The notes under the pieces are model-generated. The model was not told where the DNA came from and made no database searches. It was given only the letters and a program-made list of their open reading frames with translations. The translations under genes and the position numbers were made by a program. A stretch of 20,000 bases of DNA from the IMG/VR virus record IMGVR_UViG_3300020049_001894; one strand, 5' to 3'. Source of the stretch: an uncultured virus (IMG/VR IMGVR_UViG_3300020049_001894) (lineage: Duplodnaviria; Heunggongvirae; Uroviricota; Caudoviricetes). How positions within the stretch are numbered: position 1 is the first letter of the stretch; each line of letters opens with the position of its first letter. Positions 1 through 6,787 of this stretch are shown piece by piece.

Positions 1-147
1 CGCAAGCCCGGCGCTACGGGCAGCAACTGGGAGTACGTCTACAGCTTGTCTGACGCTGGGCGTAAAGCGATTGGGCTGGATACGAGCGGGAACAACCCGT
101 TTTTATGGCGTAGCTTTAAGCAGCCTGTGGCGATGGGGGCGATATGA
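1..147 (+). CDS. 3' end of an ORF truncated by the window edge; possible winged-helix DNA-binding protein
   Basis: Frame 1 is open from base 1 to TGA at 145-147 (RKPGATGSNWEYVYSLSDAGRKAIGLDTSGNNPFLWRSFKQPVAMGAI). YSLSDAG resembles the YxLTxxG wing motif of wHTH proteins. The stop overlaps an ATG (ATGA). Confidence 0.5.
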   Translation, partial: RKPGATGSNWEYVYSLSDAGRKAIGLDTSGNNPFLWRSFKQPVAMGAI

Positions 148-175
148 TGAATCAATTTTCAAAAGGGTTTATGCG

Positions 176-223
176 ATGATTTACATTCTAATCATGGTGA
201 TTTTTATTCTGGCTGACCTATGA
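176..223 (+). CDS. Candidate 15-aa hydrophobic micropeptide (MIYILIMVIFILADL)
   Basis: ATG 176, TGA 221-223, with ATGA overlaps at both ends. AAGGG at 163-167 could be an RBS. Confidence 0.35.
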   Translation: MIYILIMVIFILADL

Positions 224-441
224 CCACTCTACCCGACCACCTCAAGGCTCTGGAGTCTCGCTTGGGACTCACGGAGCCACAAGCGGCTAGGTACCTCGGG
301 GTGCCTGTCACCACTTATCGCAAGTGGCGCAATGGGACACGGAAGCCGGGGAGTGTGGTGTATCGAGTGTTGTTTCTGGTGCAGTTGATTGAACGGGCTG
401 CGCCAGATGCTCACAGGATTTTATTGGAGGATGTGAAATGA
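220..441 (+). CDS. XRE/Cro-family helix-turn-helix DNA-binding protein
   Basis: LKALESRLGLTEPQAARYLGVPVTTYRKWRNGTRKP fits the HTH_3/XRE pattern (GLTQxxxAxxLGVxxxTxxxWExG). Confidence 0.85.
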   Translation: MTTLPDHLKALESRLGLTEPQAARYLGVPVTTYRKWRNGTRKPGSVVYRVLFLVQLIERAAPDAHRILLEDVK

Positions 442-443
442 AC

Positions 444-464
444 AAAGCCCCTCGCGGGGCTTTT
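444..464. terminator. Probable bidirectional intrinsic terminator between convergent genes
   Basis: AAAGCCCC-TCGC-GGGGCTTT perfect 8-bp stem (444-451/456-463) with T-run on + and A-run on the left. It lies between the XRE stop (441) and the primase stop (466). Confidence 0.85.
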
Positions 465-465
465 C

Positions 466-2934
466 TCATTGTCCTCTGACTATTGGCCGACCATGCGGTG
501 ACAGTCGGTATATCTCCTCCAGTTGCCGCTGCTTCGCCTGAATCACACCTTCACGGTACTCTTGGAACATGGACATGAGAGCCGGGTTAATCGCCCATTC
601 GGCATGGTGCTGGTGTTCCCGTGATCCGTCATCCACTCGCATAACCCAGCAGGCTTTCTCCATAGCGCTCATGGCTTGGATAACAGTGGTATCGTTTTGG
701 AACGAGTTGCCCATCAGTTGCCGACGACCTGAGTTCTTGATTGTGGTCAGGGTCAGTGTGCCCTTGTCGCAGTTGTGGATGATGTAGTCGGTAAGCCACA
801 TATCGAAGTTGCTGACCTCACCGATCTCCCCAAGGGCGTACTTGAATGCCGGGATCAGGTAGGAGCGCACGAGGTGGACTACTCGCTCCACGACACCCTC
901 CTCTACTTCGGTGCTGAACGGACTCTCTATCAGGTGGAACACCAGCACCAGACGGCCTACGGTGCCCTCCAGCTTGCCGTAGGCGGTCATGAACGAGTCA
1001 GTGGCTTGGAGTAGACGCTCGTCCTGCTTGCGCCCCTCGTACCACATTTGAAACTCGCGGAACTTAACATGTGCCCCGGCGCTCAGGCGGTATGTGGTCG
1101 GATTAAGCGCATAGACTATGCGCAGAGTTTGCTCCCATTGGTCCTTGTTCGTCAGGTAATCGGGAACCGGGTTATTCAGTTTGGTCTTGGTGTGGTGCAG
1201 CACAGCAGGCAGGAACCGCTGGATCAGACCATCGGTGGCCATGGCCTTGAGATGCTCCTTGAACACGGCTGGCTGGCAGTTGCCGTAGATCGAGACGGCG
1301 AAGTTGTCACAGTGGATGCTCCCTGTACCAACCCGGTCCATGTCATACGATTCAGACTCGTAACCTACGACCCATGCAGAACGATCCTCGCCGCCCATCT
1401 TGTCGGTCAGCTTGCGAATCCATGAGTTCATCTCGTCGAGGTAGCACAGCAGCCCACGGGGGCGCTCTGCTGCGTGACGCACGAGCTTCTGACTGGTGAT
1501 GTCCGAAACGGTGATCTTGACCGGCACTGGCTGCGGGGGCAGATCGGGGATCGGTGGGGGTTCACCACCCATCAGGAACTCAGGGGTTGCTGCGTACTCA
1601 AGCGATGCCTTCTTTGCCGCTGCGTAGCTGGCCTCTTTCAGTTCCCAATCGAGTAGGTCTTTACGAAACCGGGGGTGATCCTCGCCCTCCAAGTCCTTGA
1701 GTAGCGTCATCATGGGGCGGCTACCCGGCGACTTCTTGTCCCCTGGATCACCGATGGTCATTAGCCACAGGATGGGAGGGACGCGGAAGCCCTCCATTAG
1801 CTCCAGCCGTGTCCGGGCATCCACTACCCCACAGACAGCAGCCAGACCAGCCCAGAGGGGAACCAAGGGGTCGCAACCCACCGCGCTACTGATCTCAGAC
1901 GAGCGGGTTGCCAGTACCTTTGGGACAAGGGTCATGTCCAGTTCAGGAGGAGTTGGGCGCATCCCGCTCAATACGGAGCCGGGAGCCGTGGGGATGGTGC
2001 CCGTGGCCTTGAACAGTCCTGCGATGTCGGGCATGGGGCGCACCCACCCGTGATCCCGCGCGATGTGAAACAAGGTGCCTACCTTGACACTGTTCACCTT
2101 GTCCGACTTAAAGCTGTTCCACTGTGTCAGCATCTCCCGCTCACCGGGGTACTTGGCTTCGCTCTGCTTGCTCCACTCGTTCCACAGGTACAGTGCTTGG
2201 TCAAGCTGGTTTGTCTGTGTACCTGCCCACTGTAGCGCCATGCCCACGTTCACCCACTCGTCACGGGAGCAGTCAGCAGGGATGTGCTCCACAGCCTTGC
2301 GAATATCTTCCCATGTGGCACCCAGCGCATCCGTGGTGCCGTCGATCCGCACACGCTCTTGATTCAGGAGTCCTTGCCACAGTGCGAGGACAGACTCTGG
2401 AATCTGGGGGAGGCGCATCCAGTTACCACGACCTGCCCAGCGATAGGGTTGATTGGTCTGAGGGTGGATGCTTGGTGGCAAGACATCCTGCACCGTGGCA
2501 CCGTTCGATGTGGCACAGCGCAACTCGTACACCGTGGCCCCGCCGATGATGATCTTCTTGCTAGGTAACACGACACCCGGAGGCATGGCATAGAGTAGCT
2601 TACCGTGCCCTGCCCTCCCGCTGTCCACGATGACCGCATCCTGTGCATCATAGAGAGCGTTCAGGTCTACACCGTGACCCAGCAACACGTTGACCGCTAC
2701 ACCCCAATCGTCTATGTCCAGCGCCATCGTTCCGCTGTAAGCATGTGCCAACCCGATACCGAAGCCGGGGGGTAGCTCTGTCTGTGACTTGAGGGTGTTC
2801 TGTTGCAGGTTCCACCCGATAGTACGTGGACCTTTGGACGAGGGTGGGATCGGTACAAGTGCCCAGCCGTGTCGGAGGTATGCGTCTACGCTTGCGGGGT
2901 GCTGGGCAACTTGGGGGTGAAGGACTGCGTTCAT
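466..2934 (-). CDS. Primase/replication protein: N-terminal Prim-Pol domain, PriCT-2 domain and C-terminal DUF3987/YfjI-like P-loop NTPase
   Basis: Prim-Pol motifs (GWALVPIPPSSKGP, GIGL, ALDID, VLPPSIHPQTNQPYRW). PriCT-2 (RDEWVNVGMAL...LWNEWSKQSEAKY...WNSF...GTLFHIARDHGW). Deviant Walker A GDPGDKKS, Walker B CYLDEM and DGLIQRFL typical of DUF3987. Confidence 0.88.
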   Translation of the reverse strand: MNAVLHPQVAQHPASVDAYLRHGWALVPIPPSSKGPRTIGWNLQQNTLKSQTELPPGFGIGLAHAYSGTMALDIDDWGVAVNVLLGHGVDLNALYDAQDAVIVDSGRAGHGKLLYAMPPGVVLPSKKIIIGGATVYELRCATSNGATVQDVLPPSIHPQTNQPYRWAGRGNWMRLPQIPESVLALWQGLLNQERVRIDGTTDALGATWEDIRKAVEHIPADCSRDEWVNVGMALQWAGTQTNQLDQALYLWNEWSKQSEAKYPGEREMLTQWNSFKSDKVNSVKVGTLFHIARDHGWVRPMPDIAGLFKATGTIPTAPGSVLSGMRPTPPELDMTLVPKVLATRSSEISSAVGCDPLVPLWAGLAAVCGVVDARTRLELMEGFRVPPILWLMTIGDPGDKKSPGSRPMMTLLKDLEGEDHPRFRKDLLDWELKEASYAAAKKASLEYAATPEFLMGGEPPPIPDLPPQPVPVKITVSDITSQKLVRHAAERPRGLLCYLDEMNSWIRKLTDKMGGEDRSAWVVGYESESYDMDRVGTGSIHCDNFAVSIYGNCQPAVFKEHLKAMATDGLIQRFLPAVLHHTKTKLNNPVPDYLTNKDQWEQTLRIVYALNPTTYRLSAGAHVKFREFQMWYEGRKQDERLLQATDSFMTAYGKLEGTVGRLVLVFHLIESPFSTEVEEGVVERVVHLVRSYLIPAFKYALGEIGEVSNFDMWLTDYIIHNCDKGTLTLTTIKNSGRRQLMGNSFQNDTTVIQAMSAMEKACWVMRVDDGSREHQHHAEWAINPALMSMFQEYREGVIQAKQRQLEEIYRLSPHGRPIVRGQ

Positions 2935-2964
2935 GGAGCCTCTGAAAATAATTTCAAAAATGTT

Positions 2965-2993
2965 TTGCGTTGTGGTGCATTGTAGACTAGAAT
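2965..2993 (+). promoter_or_regulatory. Sigma70-like rightward early promoter in an AT-rich divergent intergenic region
   Basis: TTGCGT (2965-2970), 17-nt spacer, TAGAAT (2988-2993). AGGA RBS precedes the ATG at 3021. Confidence 0.6.
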
Positions 2994-3020
2994 TGCGTCA
3001 ACCGATAGGAATTTAATTAA

Positions 3021-3215
3021 ATGGCATCCACTCAACTGTCAACCAACATAACGATCCGCGTTAGCGGAAAGTTGCGTACCCAATTCCACAAAAAGGCCGA
3101 GCGACACGGTACTCCGTCCGAGGTCTTGCGTGAAATCGTCCTTGCTTTCGTCGAGGATCGTCTTGTAATCCAACCACCAGCTAAACCTAAAGAAAGTCTC
3201 TATCATGTCCCTTGA
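3021..3215 (+). CDS. Ribbon-helix-helix (Arc/CopG-like) transcriptional regulator
   Basis: 64 aa. Alternating beta strand NITIRV, helix (GKLRTQFHKKAERHG), then TPSEVLREIVLAFVE, the RHH pattern. Confidence 0.8.
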   Translation: MASTQLSTNITIRVSGKLRTQFHKKAERHGTPSEVLREIVLAFVEDRLVIQPPAKPKESLYHVP

Positions 3216-3636
3216 ATTGAACATCCAACAGCTCACTGACGCCGTGACACAACTGATCCTCGTGATTGAATCACAGAAGCTGCCTGTTGCACAACTGCCG
3301 ATTGTGGAGCAAGTTGCTCCCGCCCCTGTGGTGACACCTCCCCCTATGCTGAATGCTGTCCCTGTAACCTCTGTGCCTGCACCCGTGACCCCGACTGCTG
3401 TGATGCCCCCACCTCCCGTGTTCGCTGCACCTGCCCCCGTGGCACCCGTTGTCAATGCGCCCTTCACTGACGGCAAGGGTCTGATTGACTACGTGATGAA
3501 GTCATACTCCGAGATGGGCACGGAAAAGGGAGCAGGTATCGGCAATGTTCTGAATCAACTCGGATACAAGAACATCAACGATGTGAAACCCGAACACTAT
3601 GCTGCGCTGTTCGCTGGTATCGAGGGGTTGAAATGA
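3205..3636 (+). CDS. Phage protein with N-terminal coiled coil, Pro/Ala/Val-rich linker and small C-terminal helical domain, of the type found upstream of DUF2800 genes
   Basis: MSLELNIQQLTDAVTQL, repeated PAPV, C-terminal VLNQLGYKNINDVKPEHYAALF; gene position. Confidence 0.75.
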   Translation: MSLELNIQQLTDAVTQLILVIESQKLPVAQLPIVEQVAPAPVVTPPPMLNAVPVTSVPAPVTPTAVMPPPPVFAAPAPVAPVVNAPFTDGKGLIDYVMKSYSEMGTEKGAGIGNVLNQLGYKNINDVKPEHYAALFAGIEGLK

Positions 3637-3854
3637 AAAAAGTAGCACCTGTCGCCCCATCAGCAGGGACAATTATTTCTGACACATCTGTAACTGTTGT
3701 GTTTCCTAAGGTCAACGATAAAGAGCGCGAAATGATGACAGCATTGGCTCATGCTGCCGAAGCGAATGCTAACGCCATTGCCGAGATTGCAAAAGCTCTC
3801 ACCCGTAACATTCCGACAAATGTGTATGGCATTCACGTAGGAGCTAACAAATGA
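3633..3854 (+). CDS. Hypothetical phage protein
   Basis: 73-aa ORF with ATGA overlaps at both ends and GAGGGG RBS. Confidence 0.7.
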   Translation: MKKVAPVAPSAGTIISDTSVTVVFPKVNDKEREMMTALAHAAEANANAIAEIAKALTRNIPTNVYGIHVGANK

Positions 3855-4036
3855 GCACTTCTAACAATTCGTCAAATGGTGGCATCGGGGTATTCGGGCT
3901 TCTGGGTGTCTTGTTCGTGGCTCTAAAGCTGACGGGTTTCATTGATTGGTCTTGGTGGTGGGTCACTCTCCCATTCTGGGGCGGTCTTGTCCTTGTACTG
4001 CTCGTGGTCGTAATCATTGCATGGTTGTCAAAATGA
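3851..4036 (+). CDS. Small two-TM membrane protein of a common phage family
   Basis: GGIGVFGLLGVLFVALKLTGFIDWSWWWVTLPFW motif; AGGAG RBS; ATGA overlaps. Confidence 0.8.
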   Translation: MSTSNNSSNGGIGVFGLLGVLFVALKLTGFIDWSWWWVTLPFWGGLVLVLLVVVIIAWLSK

Positions 4037-4245
4037 GCACCAAGGATGACGGTGGTCATGTGCATCCAATAGTATCGTCCACCCATGCTGGTCAAATCAT
4101 ACATGGGTCAGATGGTATGACCCTGCGTGACTACTTTGCCGCTAAGGCGCTGGCTGGCATGAGCTATGAGATCGAAAATGAACCCCGTGCTGCTCAGTGG
4201 TGTTACGCGATGGCAGACGCCATGCTGGAGGCCCGTAAGAAATGA
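4033..4245 (+). CDS. Conserved small phage protein (GMTLRDYFAAKA family); start reassigned from 3946 to 4033
   Basis: GMTLRDYFAAKAL...YAMADAMLEAR motif; ATG 4033 overlaps the upstream stop (ATGA). Confidence 0.8.
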   Translation: MSTKDDGGHVHPIVSSTHAGQIIHGSDGMTLRDYFAAKALAGMSYEIENEPRAAQWCYAMADAMLEARKK

Positions 4246-5537
4246 CCACTCACGCTAAACTCTCCCCGAGCAAACGGACACAGTGGAAGCTGTGTCCCGG
4301 CTCAGTACGGGAGCAACTGAAATACCCCGACACGGGTTCTGGTCCCGCTGCTGTTGATGGGACACATACTCATTCGCTGCTTGACAAGTGCATCAAGGCT
4401 GGTCTGGCTGACCCGTTCACCTATGTCGGTCAGACTTTGAAGGATCACGAGGGTGAGTTCACTGTGGATCAGGAACGCGCTGGCCGGGTCAAGCAGGCTA
4501 TCGAGTACGTCAAGATGCGCGTTGCCGTCATGGGAGATGTCAGGACTCTGGCTGAGTCCCGAGTGGAACCCGAGCACCTACTCGGACGCAACGACATGGG
4601 CGGCACTGTAGACACTCAGCTTATCGGGTCTGACCTGATTGAACTGATCGACTACAAGGACGGCATGGGCATCGTGGATGCGGTGGATAACGACCAGCTT
4701 GAGCAGTATGCAATGGGTGTGCTGGCCGGGTATAAATTGCCCGTCAACGTGGAGTACCCTGTCAAGCGTATCCGTATGACGATCATCCAGCCCAAGATGT
4801 CACTCAAGGGTCTGCCACCCATCACCTCCCATGAGGTCACGGTTGCCGAGATGCTGGCAAAGATACCTCAGATGGTCGTGGAGGCTGCGGCTACCGATGC
4901 ACCCGATGCCCCCCTCGTGCCGGGTGACAAGCAATGCAAGTTCTGCCGTGCCAAGGGGTCTTGTTCTGCACTGGTGGGTCAAACAATGAAGGAGGTCGGA
5001 ATCATGTTCCAACCAGTCGTACAGGTCATGGACGTAGCCCAACAGGCCGCGAACAAAGACCCCAACTCGATGACGGATGCAGAGATTGCCCGGATCGTGG
5101 AAGCTGCGCCTCTGGTGCGCCAGATGATCGAGGCCACGGAGGAGGAGGCATTGCGACGCATGAAGGCTGGCGCTGTGATCCCCGGACTCAAGCTGGTCAA
5201 TGGTCGCGGTAGTCGCAACTGGTCGCTCCCAGAGGATCAGATTGCCGACAAGCTGATCAAGATGGGTGTGCCCAAGGGTGTGGTGTATGAGACTAAGTTG
5301 GTGTCTCCTGCCAAGGCTGAGAAACTGACATGGGAGGCCACCAAGGCGGGCGAAAAAATCAAGAAGCAGCTCAGTGAACGGCAACTTAAAACGCTGGAAA
5401 CTGAGTATGTTACCAAGATGGCGGGTAAACTCACTGTTGCCCCAGAGTCGGATAACCGTCCTGCGGTTGTCACGAGTGCTGCACCGTTATTCAGTGCAGT
5501 GGTAGAGGTTCCGGCATTGCCGGATTGGTTGAAGTAA
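4242..5537 (+). CDS. DUF2800 family Cas4-like PD-(D/E)XK exonuclease (probable Fe-S cluster)
   Basis: HAKLSPS..W..CPGS, GTHTH, GTVD...IDYKDG, QLEQYA, CKFCRAKGSC (1+3 Cys), PGLKLVNGRGSRNW. Confidence 0.9.
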   Translation: MTTHAKLSPSKRTQWKLCPGSVREQLKYPDTGSGPAAVDGTHTHSLLDKCIKAGLADPFTYVGQTLKDHEGEFTVDQERAGRVKQAIEYVKMRVAVMGDVRTLAESRVEPEHLLGRNDMGGTVDTQLIGSDLIELIDYKDGMGIVDAVDNDQLEQYAMGVLAGYKLPVNVEYPVKRIRMTIIQPKMSLKGLPPITSHEVTVAEMLAKIPQMVVEAAATDAPDAPLVPGDKQCKFCRAKGSCSALVGQTMKEVGIMFQPVVQVMDVAQQAANKDPNSMTDAEIARIVEAAPLVRQMIEATEEEALRRMKAGAVIPGLKLVNGRGSRNWSLPEDQIADKLIKMGVPKGVVYETKLVSPAKAEKLTWEATKAGEKIKKQLSERQLKTLETEYVTKMAGKLTVAPESDNRPAVVTSAAPLFSAVVEVPALPDWLK

Positions 5538-5559
5538 GTGTAACTAAGGAGTAATTCAA

Positions 5560-6246
5560 ATGTCAGAAATCATCTTTTTGTCCGATGTCCGTTTGTCGTT
5601 CCCGCATCTGGTGGAACCCCAGAAGCAGAAGAACGAACTCACTGGTGCCGAGCGCACCTCGTGGAACGCCGAGTTCATCATGCCCGATAACCACGCAGGG
5701 TATCAGCAGTTCATGGCTCGTTATACAGCACTCGCACAGGAAAAGTGGAAAGAGCACTACGGTGCGATCATGCAGATGATTCACGGTGATCGAAAGTCCC
5801 GCTGCTATGGTTCTGGTAGCGAGAAGATCAACAAGAAAACCATGCAGGTTTATGATGGGTATGTTGGTGGCATGTTCATTACTGCGGGTCGGGACTCACA
5901 GCCACAGATCATCCAAGCTGACGGTAGCCCGATTGACCCAACTAACACGATGGCCTACCAGCAACTGACCCGCAAGATGTACGGTGGTTGCCGAGTCAAT
6001 GCCGCTGTGAAGCCGTGGTTGCAGGATAACAAGCATGGCCGTGGTGTCCGTTGCGATCTGGTCGCGGTCCAGTTCGCACGGGACGATACCCCATTCGGTG
6101 AGGGTTCTGTTGATGCATCGGGTCTGTTCGGTGCCGTGGCTGCTGGTGCCCCTGCCTCTGTGCCGGGGTTCATGGCAGCACAGGCACCGGCTATGCCTGC
6201 TGCCCCGTTTGGTGCGCCCACGGGCTTGCCTAGCTTCATGGGGTGA
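5560..6246 (+). CDS. DUF2815 family single-stranded DNA-binding protein (T7 gp2.5-like fold)
   Basis: VRLSFPHL, MYGGCRVNA, NKHGRGVRCDLVAVQFARDDTPFG; AAGGAG RBS; follows DUF2800. Confidence 0.88.
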   Translation: MSEIIFLSDVRLSFPHLVEPQKQKNELTGAERTSWNAEFIMPDNHAGYQQFMARYTALAQEKWKEHYGAIMQMIHGDRKSRCYGSGSEKINKKTMQVYDGYVGGMFITAGRDSQPQIIQADGSPIDPTNTMAYQQLTRKMYGGCRVNAAVKPWLQDNKHGRGVRCDLVAVQFARDDTPFGEGSVDASGLFGAVAAGAPASVPGFMAAQAPAMPAAPFGAPTGLPSFMG

Positions 6247-6255
6247 TTGAGATTA

Positions 6256-6299
6256 GGGGTGGTGCCTCTAGGGGGTCTTGGGGGATGCACCACCACCCC
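6256..6299 (+). promoter_or_regulatory. GC-rich inverted repeat with G-tract loop (intergenic RNA/DNA structure)
   Basis: GGGGTGGTG (6256-6264) pairs perfectly with CACCACCCC (6291-6299). No U-tail follows. Confidence 0.5.
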
Positions 6300-6319
6300 G
6301 CCTATTCGGAGTAACCGTA

Positions 6320-6787
6320 ATGCGCAAGAAATGTAAACGTAAAGTGTGGAAACTCATTAACCCGATCAAACATGCGATTGATGGTGCCAGCATCTGCACA
6401 GACGAGACTCTGGCACCTCTCCAGACACGGGAGCTGGCTGCTATCGAAGCCTTCCGTATCGGCAAGGCCACGACTCAGGAATGGTCTGACATCGTGAACA
6501 TGATGAACGTCACTGAACACATGGCTTTCCGTGGCGTTGGTCCAGAAGCCAAGCAGTGCTGTCATGAAGCATACCTGCACCTGATTGCCGCTGCCAAACG
6601 GTACAAGACTACCCGCAAGATGGGCACCACTGGTGAAGGGTTGCAGTGCTTCCGTGATCTGTACGAGTGGCACAACCTGCAACGCACTGCCGTGTCCCGC
6701 TCTGAGTATGAGCGCCACATCCAGGAGACTGTGAACCGCATTCGCTCTGGTGCGCCGGAGGTTATCGATGCTATGGATGTTGTATGA
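6320..6787 (+). CDS. Hypothetical phage protein (155 aa, basic N-terminus); start reassigned to ATG 6320
   Basis: GGAG RBS at 6308-6311 before MRKKCKRKVWKLINPIKHAIDGA; ATGA overlap with the polymerase start. Confidence 0.75.
   Translation: MRKKCKRKVWKLINPIKHAIDGASICTDETLAPLQTRELAAIEAFRIGKATTQEWSDIVNMMNVTEHMAFRGVGPEAKQCCHEAYLHLIAAAKRYKTTRKMGTTGEGLQCFRDLYEWHNLQRTAVSRSEYERHIQETVNRIRSGAPEVIDAMDVV

Noticed and set aside
220..441. XRE protein as the antitoxin of a HigBA/MqsRA-type pair
   Set aside because: No adjacent RelE/HigB-like ORF; the upstream partial ORF looks wHTH-like.
3039..3476. 145-aa Gly/Thr/Ala-rich minus-strand ORF
   Set aside because: Antisense shadow of the Pro/Ala/Val-rich gene and the RHH gene; no independent evidence.
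4242..5537. Cas4-like nuclease as a sign of a CRISPR-Cas system
   Set aside because: No repeat-spacer array or other cas genes; DUF2800 next to DUF2815 is a standard phage replication/recombination gene.
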